DNA of 64,000 nucleotides from a virus (lineage: Duplodnaviria; Heunggongvirae; Uroviricota; Caudoviricetes): IMG/VR virus record IMGVR_UViG_3300035210_000190; one strand, written 5' to 3'. The stretch's first letter is position 1. Each line of letters begins with the position of its first letter. The notes beneath the pieces were generated by a model. That model was not told where the DNA came from. It searched no databases and saw nothing but the letters and a program-made list of their open reading frames with translations. Of this stretch, positions 19,022 through 28,837 are shown in pieces. The translations under genes and the position numbers were made by a program.

Positions 19022-19267
19022 ATGTCAGATAACACAGATAATGGTTGGACAGAAGTTGTTCCACAAGAAGTCGGTTCATATTACTTCTATGGCGATATTT
19101 CGTTTAAAAAAGATGATCCAAACTTTAAAGCAGAACTTTCAATTTTACACATCCATAAAATTTCAAATGGAATCATGCATGTGATTGCAGGTCAGTTCTT
19201 TTTTCCTGATGACAACGGTGGTTATGGTTTGTTTAAAAAAGTTGATTTGGAACTTCCGACACTGTAA
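19022..19267 (+). CDS. hypothetical protein
   Basis: RBS GGGAGA. Confidence 0.55.
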   Translation: MSDNTDNGWTEVVPQEVGSYYFYGDISFKKDDPNFKAELSILHIHKISNGIMHVIAGQFFFPDDNGGYGLFKKVDLELPTL

Positions 19268-19294
19268 CGATACATTTAATTAGGAGTTTTTACG

Positions 19295-19783
19295 ATGTTA
19301 ACAGTTATTCAAAACCCTTTAAATGCCAGTTACGCGGGCATGTTGAAAAAGCCTGACATGTCTTTGGCGATTGGAGACTTGTCAGATAACGAATATGACA
19401 TTGAAACAGTTGAAGACCTTTCGATGCTGTTTGATGAAGATAATTCGCATGATTTGATGTTGGGACTCTTTGATCCGAAAATTGCAGTAGATGTGTTTAA
19501 GCTATTTACCACGAATACTTATTTGAACGCTTTAGAAGGTTCTCGGGATCTGATTTTTGTTGGGTTATATCAGTTAGGCGAGCAATCGCTTATTATTTGG
19601 GCTGAAACGGTTGCTGCTGGACAATCTACTCTCCGTTCTGCATATTCTATTCTTGATGAGCTAAGCTTTATCAATAGTTTTTGTGTTAATAAATCAATCT
19701 TGGATGATGAAAGGAATGAATTTCATGAGGCTATTCAAGACTCGCCAGAACTTAAAGCCGCTTTATATCAAGTCATCCTTTAA
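19295..19783 (+). CDS. hypothetical protein
   Basis: RBS AGGAG. Confidence 0.6.
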   Translation: MLTVIQNPLNASYAGMLKKPDMSLAIGDLSDNEYDIETVEDLSMLFDEDNSHDLMLGLFDPKIAVDVFKLFTTNTYLNALEGSRDLIFVGLYQLGEQSLIIWAETVAAGQSTLRSAYSILDELSFINSFCVNKSILDDERNEFHEAIQDSPELKAALYQVIL

Positions 19784-19808
19784 AACAACTAAGGAGCCGA
19801 CTGGCTCC

Positions 19809-20672
19809 TTATACTTTTACATCATATTTTTCTAAATTATCTTTGACAGCAGCAGTCATTTCATTCCAGAAACCATTAAATGTCCTGTTCGCAAGGTTAT
19901 AGGGTTCAACTAGCCTATTCCTTTCATTATTCATTATATTGTGTGCGACTTTCATGACGGCTAATGAAGTATTAATATCAGCCATGTTAGCTTTCAACTG
20001 TCTTCTGGAATTTCTTATTGTTATATATTGGCTTTTATCGTCTTTCAGGACATTTGAAGTATTTTCCCAAATAGATACATCTTCAAGAGAGTTCACACCT
20101 TTAACTTGAATTGCTCCATAAGTTACACTCTTTTTAAAAAACTCTATAAAACCAATAGTATTAACAATCTGTCTATTTATTTCTGGTATGAATATGTCAT
20201 CGTAACTCGTCGTTAATGCTTCACAGGCTAATATATTATTGATCTCACCAATGGTTGAATAGAGCGATTCTACTGCCTTTCTTCCATGTTTCTCAGCAGT
20301 GCTCATAATTTCAAATATTGATTTTTGAGTGTTAAAATTATTCTTTAACCGATGATATTCAGCAGATCTTTCTTCATCAGCATTAATATAATCATCAATA
20401 CAAGTTTTGATTAACATATCTTTATCATTTTCTAAAGACTTTTTTGTTTTTTGTATGAGATTAGTTGATATATTGATGTATTCATTTACAGTTTGAATAT
20501 CATTTTTTTTATTTTTATTCAATAAACGTTTAAGAAAAAACATTCTTTGATATTCTTGTTTTTTTTCTATTAATAATTCTTCATATTCAAAAAGTTTTAT
20601 TTTTTCTTCGTAGATTATAGCAGCATATGATTCTACCGCCTTTTTGTAATTTTCTATTCGTTTATTGTCCAT
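19809..20672 (-). CDS. hypothetical coiled-coil protein, very AT-rich, opposite strand (moron-like)
   Basis: own promoter TTGATT-17-TATTAT and RBS GAGAGG on minus strand; bidirectional terminator 19784-19808. Confidence 0.65.
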   Translation of the reverse strand: MDNKRIENYKKAVESYAAIIYEEKIKLFEYEELLIEKKQEYQRMFFLKRLLNKNKKNDIQTVNEYINISTNLIQKTKKSLENDKDMLIKTCIDDYINADEERSAEYHRLKNNFNTQKSIFEIMSTAEKHGRKAVESLYSTIGEINNILACEALTTSYDDIFIPEINRQIVNTIGFIEFFKKSVTYGAIQVKGVNSLEDVSIWENTSNVLKDDKSQYITIRNSRRQLKANMADINTSLAVMKVAHNIMNNERNRLVEPYNLANRTFNGFWNEMTAAVKDNLEKYDVKV

Positions 20673-20808
20673 ATACAACCTCTCAAATAGTTTCAATAAT
20701 ACTACAAAGTCAGTAAAAAATCAACATTTCATTAAATATTTTTTAAGATTACAAAACCATTTTTTTGTGGTATAATAGCTTCACTTAAATATAAACAGGA
20801 TTTTCCAA

Positions 20809-21441
20809 ATGAACGCCCAAAAAGCTCAACAACTTGCCAAAGATACAGCAGTAAAAATTGAGAACCTTCAAGAGAGTCGGCTCCCTGTTGTTGAAGTGTT
20901 GGATATTTACGCCGAAGATGGTTTTGTGATTGGGCCTGCAGAAATCCTGCGTGCATTTACCCAGTTCAATACTCAGAACCTTCCGAAACGGGTTGAAGAA
21001 CTGAAAAAGTCGATTATTGCCTCCATGAATGAGATGAATGCTCTTGTTGAGGAAGAACAGGCAAAAGTCGCGTTGCACAACCAAAAGATTGATCTGGAAG
21101 TTGGTAGCTTGACAGCCACTCTGTTGGACAACATCCGTGATGTGCCTGAAAGCCGATTGACTCGAAAACTTCGCATTGGTAAAAAAATCATTTCAGAAGC
21201 GGATCGGCCACTTTTGAAAGAAGCTTATCGAAACCTTGGCTTCAAACATATCTCCATTGAACCAATCAGTGACTATATCTACTTTGATCCAGAAGCTGAT
21301 GAAATCCGTCAACCGTTTCTGAGAGAATTTCATCGTTTGACTGATAACAAATATCCGTCCCTCAGTCAGTATGTGCAATATGACAATTCTCGTATTGAAA
21401 ACATGGATGTGTTGTTGCATGTTGTTGGTTTGAATAGTTAA
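20809..21441 (+). CDS. hypothetical protein, paralog family D
   Basis: promoter TGTGGTATAAT; paralogy. Confidence 0.65.
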   Translation: MNAQKAQQLAKDTAVKIENLQESRLPVVEVLDIYAEDGFVIGPAEILRAFTQFNTQNLPKRVEELKKSIIASMNEMNALVEEEQAKVALHNQKIDLEVGSLTATLLDNIRDVPESRLTRKLRIGKKIISEADRPLLKEAYRNLGFKHISIEPISDYIYFDPEADEIRQPFLREFHRLTDNKYPSLSQYVQYDNSRIENMDVLLHVVGLNS

Positions 21442-21471
21442 TACATTCATGGCAATTTTTGAGGATGAAAT

Positions 21472-21760
21472 TATGCAATTAGATCAAATTAAGTCATGTT
21501 TAAATACTGTTGACTTTAAAGAAAAAGTGGAATATTTGTTCCCTAAATCTTTGCGTAAAGACATTGATTTTGATTTTTCTATTTCTGTCAAAAAATTGAA
21601 TTCCGATAAAATTGAAGTCAAGGCATCTGACACTTCATACGATTGCGATGGAATGGGTATTCCTACTTTGGTCGCCAGTCTGAGTATTACTGATCTAGTT
21701 TTCATTGAACAAGAAGTCCTCAATCAATTTAAATTGGCAGTGGATTTATTAGAAGATTGA
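21472..21760 (+). CDS. hypothetical protein
   Basis: RBS GAGGATG. Confidence 0.55.
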
Positions 21761-21894
21761 GTGGATGTAAACCTAAAGGGGCTTAGGCTCCTTTTTTCAT
21801 TTTTCCGTAATATAAGACAGTTTTTGTTGATAGTTTTGTATGGTTGGTGTATAATCAGGTTTCTTTCTTATAAACACATTTTTTGGAGTTTTAC

Positions 21895-22416
21895 ATGGCT
21901 AATAAAACAATCAAGGCGACATTGCTCATTGAAGACAAGAACATCACTGTTGATGAACTCAATGACCTGTTTGCCGGTGCCACGAACAAAATCAAAGGCT
22001 TGAGCTTTTTGATTAACGAGCAAGCTTATAAGGCCAATAACCTCAGTAAATATCTGTTGACGGCGATTAAAGATGAAAAATCATCGGCTATTGAAATTGA
22101 TGAAATCGATCTGCCTAAATCGCTACCTAAATTGGTGAAGCTGGCGGCTAATGTTGGTAACAAGATTGACGCAGCCGTCTATGCAGAAGCCTACGATATT
22201 TTCTGTCGAGAACTGGCAACGGCTGATAGCGTCTATATCTGCACCCATTTCTTGGGTATGCGATTGGTTGTTACTCGCTTGGTTGATACTAATCAAGAAC
22301 AAAAATCTCGTTGCAACAAAGCATGGCTTGAAAATTTTGTTGACATTAACCTCAACAAAGAACGTAAAGGTTTGACCCTTGATGTTAGTGCTGTCTTCTT
22401 CGGCCAGCCAGATTAA
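21895..22416 (+). CDS. hypothetical protein
   Basis: promoter TGTATAAT, RBS GGAG. Confidence 0.6.
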   Translation: MANKTIKATLLIEDKNITVDELNDLFAGATNKIKGLSFLINEQAYKANNLSKYLLTAIKDEKSSAIEIDEIDLPKSLPKLVKLAANVGNKIDAAVYAEAYDIFCRELATADSVYICTHFLGMRLVVTRLVDTNQEQKSRCNKAWLENFVDINLNKERKGLTLDVSAVFFGQPD

Positions 22417-22489
22417 CAGTTGACGCTTTTGTAAAAAATCTATATAATAAGGGAGATCTTCGGATCTCCTTTTTTTTGAGATTGAAATT

Positions 22490-22954
22490 ATGAACTTACA
22501 ACTTAGACACCGTTGTCTTCAATTTAACACGGAAGGGACTATTGTTTACGACCCCGACCGTGGCACCATGAAGAAAAACATTGAACATTGGGCTGTTATC
22601 ACGATAGAACCGGATATCGCGGCTTACTATCGCCATCAGTTTTATCAACGGTATGGCATAGAGTTGGATAAGCCTAACTGGGATGTTCATTGCTCAGTGC
22701 TGAAAGGATATACCAATACCGACACGTCTAAGCCGTGGGGTTGGCTCGACCAACAACCTGTTGAACTGCATTACACCCATGAATTGTTCTGGAATGATTC
22801 TCATGTATGGATAAACTGTTATTCAGCCGAGTTTTTTAAAATTCGTGAATACTATAACGTGTTGGGGACAGACCAAGGACATATTACTATTGGGAAGTTT
22901 AAGCATTATCAAAAAGACAGGCTAAAACCCTTCAAAAACTACGTTCAAGATTGA
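22490..22954 (+). CDS. 2H phosphoesterase superfamily protein (LigT/cyclic phosphodiesterase-like; possible Acb1-like anti-CBASS nuclease)
   Basis: two H-x-S/T-x motifs (VHCSVL ~res 66, GHITIG ~res 133) with spacing typical of 2H fold; 154 aa. Confidence 0.5.
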   Translation: MNLQLRHRCLQFNTEGTIVYDPDRGTMKKNIEHWAVITIEPDIAAYYRHQFYQRYGIELDKPNWDVHCSVLKGYTNTDTSKPWGWLDQQPVELHYTHELFWNDSHVWINCYSAEFFKIREYYNVLGTDQGHITIGKFKHYQKDRLKPFKNYVQD

Positions 22955-23002
22955 TTTATTTCTAAGGTTTTGCTATACTCAAAGCCTACTTGGAGTGTTC
23001 CC

Positions 23003-23374
23003 ATGATTAAACAAATTAAAGACAGCGTTCCTAATGAACTCTCAGAAGAATACCTGTCTGCAAAATCTATTTTTCTGGCGGTCGCTTTGTGGCGAACATT
23101 TGGCGGTGAAATTCAAATTCTCACAGAAGATGATTTGTCGATAAAAAATATCGAACATGCATGGTTGTCTCTGGATGGTTGTCAAATCGACATTGATGGA
23201 GCCTATCCACCTATCGTAGCACTTGATGAAAGTGATGAAGACCTTGTGTTAGGTTTGGACGAAACAAAAGCTCTGGCCTTTGTCAGAACACTCGTTGAGG
23301 TCAGTGATAAAGAGTGGGAAAAAGAAGTTAAAAAAGCCCTTAAAATCGTTAAACGTTGCTACATTAAGGAATAA
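23003..23374 (+). CDS. hypothetical acidic protein
   Basis: RBS TGGAG. Confidence 0.55.
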   Translation: MIKQIKDSVPNELSEEYLSAKSIFLAVALWRTFGGEIQILTEDDLSIKNIEHAWLSLDGCQIDIDGAYPPIVALDESDEDLVLGLDETKALAFVRTLVEVSDKEWEKEVKKALKIVKRCYIKE

Positions 23375-23377
23375 AAT

Positions 23378-23752
23378 ATGATCATCTTTTTTCAAATTTT
23401 GTTGATGCGATTTCTGGTTGGCATGAATCTTGGTTATTCTTTGCCCGTTGAATATTTCAGCAAGGATAAATTTAACAGAGTTGGAGCCAGAATTAAGTTT
23501 AGCAAATCAACCAGTCAGCCCGTCATTCATCCGGTTTCTGGTAAAGTCACTTACTACAAGTATGATTATAACTCAGTCACTCTGATGATTTTTCGTGGTG
23601 GTATGGTGATTGACCATTGGAAAGGAAATACTTTGTATACCTATCACAGTTCTCAATTTTCTCCAAAAGGTTTTTGGAAAAAACTCAAATTTATGACCTT
23701 CTTTTTTTGCGAACTCATTGAAAGAAGTTCACCAAAAACCTTGATTATCTAG
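23378..23752 (+). CDS. hypothetical protein
   Basis: ORF coupled to upstream gene. Confidence 0.5.
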   Translation: MIIFFQILLMRFLVGMNLGYSLPVEYFSKDKFNRVGARIKFSKSTSQPVIHPVSGKVTYYKYDYNSVTLMIFRGGMVIDHWKGNTLYTYHSSQFSPKGFWKKLKFMTFFFCELIERSSPKTLII

Positions 23753-23774
23753 GTCGATATTGATATAATTACTC

Positions 23775-23826
23775 CATCGAAGCAGCAAGGGGCGAGCAAG
23801 CCAATAAGCCTTTCCCCTTGCAGTTG
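23775..23826 (+). promoter_or_regulatory. conserved GC-rich leader hairpin (CAAGGGGcgagcaagccaataagcctttCCCCTTG) downstream of promoter; second copy 54697-54748
   Basis: ~50-nt element about 85% identical at two loci, each between a TATAAT and an AAGGATAC RBS. Confidence 0.55.
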
Positions 23827-23863
23827 CTCATTCGACCTTAATTGATACGAGAAGGATACGACC

Positions 23864-24202
23864 ATGAAAGTAATGAAAATTGTTTTTGCTGCTCTTGCCC
23901 TTGTAATGATGACTGGCTGTGTGTCTTCGGGCCAGTATGGCTCCTATAAAGAACGTCAAATTGAACGCAAGTGCATCGTGAATGCGGACAAACAAGCTCA
24001 AAATGCCTATATTCGCCGTGCAACTGATGTTCGGTTTGCTGACTCTCAAAAAGAAGCCCAGCGAGCCAATCAAATGTTCCAAAAGCGTATTGCCAGCATC
24101 GAAACCAGCAAAGACCGTTGCTTGTCCAGTGGTCAACGTCGGGTGTTTGAAGAACAGCTTCGTCGCACGACTAACCGCCTGTATAACCGTAGCTACTATT
24201 AA
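23864..24202 (+). CDS. lipoprotein
   Basis: signal peptide with lipobox LVMMTGC. Confidence 0.7.
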   Translation: MKVMKIVFAALALVMMTGCVSSGQYGSYKERQIERKCIVNADKQAQNAYIRRATDVRFADSQKEAQRANQMFQKRIASIETSKDRCLSSGQRRVFEEQLRRTTNRLYNRSYY

Positions 24203-24297
24203 CAGTAGACAGCTTAAAAAAAGCCCGCTTCGTGCGGGTTTTTTGTTTATCTTTTTTAAATTTTATGGTATAATTTAACAAATTTTGGAGGTCAATC

Positions 24298-24597
24298 ATG
24301 CCTTATCATACTGCAGCACCCACCAAAGCCGTTATTCACGAATCCTATAAACTGGTTTTTGAAGCTAATGGTTATACCGCTTATGAGTGGAGTGGTCGCC
24401 TGTTCCTTTATCGCAAAGGTCTTTCGCTGGCTCAACTGGTGAATGGTTTTGAAAGCTTGAAGAAAAGTTATCGCAATAGCTTTGAAATCTGGATCGATAA
24501 AGTGAAAGAAAAGGATCTCGCCAAAATTGAAAGCATTAAGGCTGACATGGCGTTAATGGTTAAAGATTGCGAAACTATTTTGGATGTTCATTCGTAA
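24298..24597 (+). CDS. hypothetical protein
   Basis: RBS GGAGG. Confidence 0.6.
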   Translation: MPYHTAAPTKAVIHESYKLVFEANGYTAYEWSGRLFLYRKGLSLAQLVNGFESLKKSYRNSFEIWIDKVKEKDLAKIESIKADMALMVKDCETILDVHS

Positions 24598-24676
24598 TCA
24601 TTTTTAAGTTTTTTATTGTCTTTTAATGGGCTAACGTGTATAATTCAGTCATTAATTGATTTGAAGGCAGCTTAAA

Positions 24677-25087
24677 ATGCTCACAGTTAAAGACATTCGC
24701 AGTGTTTATCCAGCTAAAATAGCCTACACCGAACATAACATGATTCGTGCCAACATTGCATTGGATTTTATGTGGGAAGAACGCTGTGCTGAGCGTGGTA
24801 TTAATTATACGGGTGATCGCTCTGGTAGCTGTAAGTTTGCTGCTTTGCTCGCTCGTAGCCTGTTTGGTGGCCGTTTAGTGGGCAATCAAGAGCATGTTTT
24901 CACTGTCAGTGGTTGTGACATCATCGATCTCAATATTGTTCAAAAAGACGTGATTGACTTAAATCATTTGGCTCATGTCCGATTCGATCAGGAATTGACT
25001 CATAAAGATTATCGAGAAGCTTTGTTTTCATGCCTTCCCCGTGTCCATAAATGGGAACAATGGGTTTTGGATGGAATGAAGAAATGA
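24677..25087 (+). CDS. hypothetical protein
   Basis: ORF, promoter TGTATAAT. Confidence 0.6.
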   Translation: MLTVKDIRSVYPAKIAYTEHNMIRANIALDFMWEERCAERGINYTGDRSGSCKFAALLARSLFGGRLVGNQEHVFTVSGCDIIDLNIVQKDVIDLNHLAHVRFDQELTHKDYREALFSCLPRVHKWEQWVLDGMKK

Positions 25088-25151
25088 CTAGACTATAATC
25101 CAGTTTTTTGGTAAAATAACCCCATCATAACGACATAAAGGATACACCATC

Positions 25152-25706
25152 ATGACTCAAGTTAAAATCAATTTGAACAATGCAAAAGATGCTCAGTCTG
25201 CAGTCAATGCGGTATTGTCGGTTCAGTTGAAGCTGGAAAAGATCGTAGCTGCTTTGCAACACACTAATGCGGCACCTCACTATAAATACTTGATCAATTA
25301 CATGGTTGGTCCAGTTGGTATGGCTATCTCTGTTAGTTCAACCGAGTTGACAGAGGAAGGTTGTCATTTGGGAAATCGTTTGGCGGATGCTGGTGTTTTG
25401 GAACTCAAGCATGAGAAACCTTACGCTGAAATTTCTACGGCAACGCTTGATTACATGATTGATGAACACATGAAAAACAATACGCTGGTTATTAAAGGTT
25501 CTGATATTCGTTATTACCCAAAAGAACCTGTCAAAAACCAACGTTGGGCCACTTTGACTGATGATGTTAAAATCATTGTGACTAAGCTGGAATTGACTAA
25601 TGAAGATCATCAGGAATTTCGTCAACGTCAACTGAAAGAAGCTTTTGATGCCGTGGCAAAATTGGGTTACACAATTGACGAAGAAGGTGTTCTGACCGTA
25701 GTCTAA
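25152..25706 (+). CDS. hypothetical protein, paralog of 38617-39192
   Basis: shared IKGSD(I/V)R and W..LTD.V.I.VT.L motifs. Confidence 0.65.
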   Translation: MTQVKINLNNAKDAQSAVNAVLSVQLKLEKIVAALQHTNAAPHYKYLINYMVGPVGMAISVSSTELTEEGCHLGNRLADAGVLELKHEKPYAEISTATLDYMIDEHMKNNTLVIKGSDIRYYPKEPVKNQRWATLTDDVKIIVTKLELTNEDHQEFRQRQLKEAFDAVAKLGYTIDEEGVLTVV

Positions 25707-25865
25707 ACACTCTAAGATAAGAAAAAAGGCCGACTAGTTCGGTCTTTTTTTTGTCCATAAGAAACTATGATATTCCTGAAAAAACGGAATTATGCTAATT
25801 TTAAAAAATCTGTTGTTTATTTCATGTATTTGTTGTATAATTTGGAAAATTGGAGACTTTAAAAT

Positions 25866-26432
25866 ATGTGTATTATTATTCGAAAAATAGGTCTTGGCGA
25901 TGATGTTCAAGCCATCTATCGGGCAAAAACAGCTCAAAATTACACCTATGAGAAACTTCCACAAAATAGATTGTTTTATAATTTGTTTAGTCTAAAAAAA
26001 GATAATGAACGTATTCTGGTAGGGTCTAATAAACTTAATCAAACGGCTATGTTTGTTTATAGCGAATCCTTCGAAGCGGGAAAAATTAATGATATCTATG
26101 TTAAATACCTTGAATTCTTTTTCAAGCTAGGATTGAAGCCTATGCCAGAACACTTTAAATCTAAGTTTTCTGTTGATGATGATTTTCAGTTGCTTAATGG
26201 AGCAATGGATTCTGCTGGCGATATGGTAATTTTGGGTAAATCGAAAGATCCTAAACAAGAAGATAGAGAACTTTGGATGGCGATTGTTTTGTCTCCAAGC
26301 AAGTTAGGATACCGTGTGCCAGATAGAACACGATACAGCCCAACATCTGCTGGCGAAACTTCTCGTTCTCTTGATATTTGGGACATGATTGGAACTGCAG
26401 GGACGGTGGCAGGGCTTTTTAGCCTGTTTTAA
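25866..26432 (+). CDS. hypothetical protein (AT-rich)
   Basis: ORF with RBS GGAGA. Confidence 0.55.
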   Translation: MCIIIRKIGLGDDVQAIYRAKTAQNYTYEKLPQNRLFYNLFSLKKDNERILVGSNKLNQTAMFVYSESFEAGKINDIYVKYLEFFFKLGLKPMPEHFKSKFSVDDDFQLLNGAMDSAGDMVILGKSKDPKQEDRELWMAIVLSPSKLGYRVPDRTRYSPTSAGETSRSLDIWDMIGTAGTVAGLFSLF

Positions 26433-26498
26433 TGATTAAAATGCAAGCACAAAAAAAGGTGTCCTAAGACACCTTTTCTTTTTCAACTTACCGGAGAA

Positions 26499-26621
26499 TT
26501 ACATCTCCTTGAGGTAAGCACGCTTATCGCGTTTGTTTTTGTCTTTGCGTTTCTTGTCAACATGAGTAGCCGCTTTATTGACGGTGTTCATGTGTTTTGC
26601 TACGAAGTTTTGAACTTTCAT
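26499..26621 (-). CDS. 40-aa highly basic peptide on minus strand (not in ORF track)
   Basis: RBS GAGGTGA before ATG; bidirectional terminator 26440-26480 downstream. Confidence 0.45.
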   Translation of the reverse strand: MKVQNFVAKHMNTVNKAATHVDKKRKDKNKRDKRAYLKEM

Positions 26622-26788
26622 GGTGTCACCTCAATAATAAGTTTGGTTATCTTGTTTAAGTGAGGCTATTATACCAGTATTTTAATACTTTGAAAAGCGT
26701 TTTTTGATTTATTTTTGCAAAAAAACTCCTTTTTATATTGGCCTTTCTTTGCTATAATAGCTGAAATCATCAAGTGAAGGTCGTTATC

Positions 26789-26959
26789 ATGGCTAGTTGC
26801 AAATGTGTTAAATGTGGTGGCACTGACAAGAAGGCTGTGTGTGTGAACACCATGTCCGCACTGAAAGGTGCTGTGTACATTCAGGAAAAATTTGGGGTCT
26901 GGTTGTTTGTCATTGCTCTTTTGATTGCTTCTTGCGGCATGTTTGGTCTTTTTAATTAA
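26789..26959 (+). CDS. small membrane protein with CxxC zinc-ribbon N-terminus
   Basis: RBS GAAGG; CKCVKCGG then TM helix. Confidence 0.5.
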   Translation: MASCKCVKCGGTDKKAVCVNTMSALKGAVYIQEKFGVWLFVIALLIASCGMFGLFN

Positions 26960-27023
26960 CCATTTAGATTGACTTAAACCTTATTTTTAGTTAAAATATC
27001 CATTCAAATTTTGGAGTTCTACC

Positions 27024-27530
27024 ATGCTGACTACCATCAAAGAAAAAGTATTCCTGACCTTTCAAACCTTATTTCCGGCTGAGATGTATCAGATGTCACA
27101 AGCTGCAGTGAACGCGGCTGAGCAAGAACGGCGTGAACGTGAAAACGCTATTGACCATGTGGCTTATGAAGTCTTGGTAGGTAAACCTGTTATTGCAGTC
27201 GGCAATGACTGGTCTAATCCAGTTATTGGCATGGGTCTTTTTGTTCAAGGCATTTCTAAGGCTAACCGGCCCCATCTTGTCATCAAAGACTATGTGTCTG
27301 GCGAAGAAGTCATGCCGTTTGGTGCTGTGATGGAATATAACGACACTCGTTTTGAAGCCATCATGAAGCTGACACCGGCTGAAATCACCAGTCTGGTTTA
27401 TCGTCATTCTACCCCGCAAGCTGTGCGTGAGGATCAGAAAGAACAACGCGATTCGCGGGATGTCATTCTTCAAAAGCTGACTGCCAATGGTTTCTTTGAC
27501 GCTATTGCCGTTGTCAAGGCCAATGAATAA
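27024..27530 (+). CDS. hypothetical protein
   Basis: RBS TGGAG. Confidence 0.6.
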   Translation: MLTTIKEKVFLTFQTLFPAEMYQMSQAAVNAAEQERRERENAIDHVAYEVLVGKPVIAVGNDWSNPVIGMGLFVQGISKANRPHLVIKDYVSGEEVMPFGAVMEYNDTRFEAIMKLTPAEITSLVYRHSTPQAVREDQKEQRDSRDVILQKLTANGFFDAIAVVKANE

Positions 27531-27635
27531 GACCGCTTAGGCGGTTTTTTTCATTTTAATGAAAAATGTTGTTGTCAAAAATGATATTTTCCATTATAAT
27601 CTGTTCATCAAAACCCATCATCAAGGATTAAAAAA

Positions 27636-27953
27636 ATGCCATTCAACTTTGAAAAAAAGCCTTTGGTCTACGTCTCTGACACCCTGACCAGCACGAAACG
27701 TGTTTGGGTTAATTGCACGACTTCTATGCTTTTCAGACAGGGTGAAGCTTCGGCACTGCTGAAATCTCAGTTCTATGCACTGGACTGCATTTCTTGCTGG
27801 GGTGGTCGTGATAAAGTGGATGAGGAATGTTCTGATGGCTCGTTGACTTCTTCGTGGGAAGTTCCAGCCGAGTTTGTTCCTGCCATGCAACACATGATCA
27901 TGAAATTCAAGTGGGAAGAAGAAAATTTCTTCTTGAAAGCTGATAAAAGCTAA
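27636..27953 (+). CDS. hypothetical protein
   Basis: RBS AAGGA. Confidence 0.6.
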   Translation: MPFNFEKKPLVYVSDTLTSTKRVWVNCTTSMLFRQGEASALLKSQFYALDCISCWGGRDKVDEECSDGSLTSSWEVPAEFVPAMQHMIMKFKWEEENFFLKADKS

Positions 27954-28011
27954 AACAACAAAAAAAGCCCTCTTCGGAGGGTTTTTTGATTATCATACAG
28001 GAGAACTTGCT

Positions 28012-28203
28012 ATGAAAGTATGGAACGATGAACATCCAACAGAACCCGGTTATTACTGGATTAAACGTGCGGTGACTGGTAGTAAAGACATTGTTTACCT
28101 ATCCAAAGAAATGCTTGTTCTTGAAGTCGGTAGTCGCAAACCAATCTCATCTTATTACGATATTCAAGCATGGGGTTCAAAGGTTGATGAACCGGATGAC
28201 TAA
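28012..28203 (+). CDS. hypothetical protein
   Basis: RBS AGGAGA. Confidence 0.55.
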   Translation: MKVWNDEHPTEPGYYWIKRAVTGSKDIVYLSKEMLVLEVGSRKPISSYYDIQAWGSKVDEPDD

Positions 28204-28324
28204 CTGTAAAATTTTCAGAAGATGTGAGTGATTACGAAGCTTTTTTCATTCAAAATTAAGTTTTTTGTTGTAATTTGCCTCATTCTTTGTTAAAATAAAC
28301 AAACGAAATTAGGAATTACCGACA

Positions 28325-28723
28325 ATGTTTACTAACGAATTTGTAAATAGCCCAATGGGACAAGCTGCAATGGATTACGCCGAACAGGTGTATGCGTCCA
28401 GCTATAAGGCTGAAGAATTCACGCTTGACCAATACCCAGAAATGCTTGATGAACTGGTTTCTTACCACATGGAACCGATTTATAAGCATCAACCGGCTGA
28501 CCCGTTGTTTTTGGATGATGATGAGTTTTTTGACTCGCCTGACAGCCCGGACTTGGAAATCATCCATGAAGGGATGACCCGTGAACAAGCCGAAGCAATG
28601 GCAAAGGTTTCGACCTATGTTTGGCTCGTTAACTACAAGGGTGAAGGGGAAGGTTTCATTCTCAAAGATCTGGCCTCAAAACTGAGTCGTTATCATGGAA
28701 AGTGGAATTACTCAGAAGATTAA
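28325..28723 (+). CDS. hypothetical acidic protein
   Basis: RBS AGGAA. Confidence 0.6.
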   Translation: MFTNEFVNSPMGQAAMDYAEQVYASSYKAEEFTLDQYPEMLDELVSYHMEPIYKHQPADPLFLDDDEFFDSPDSPDLEIIHEGMTREQAEAMAKVSTYVWLVNYKGEGEGFILKDLASKLSRYHGKWNYSED

Positions 28724-28837
28724 TCAGAACGTTTTAAAGAAGGTAATCTAGCGATAGGTTGCTTTTTTTTTGTAAAAAATAGATTCCTAAAAAAGCTCTG
28801 TTATGTTATAATCGAGAAAATTTAAAGGATATCCATC

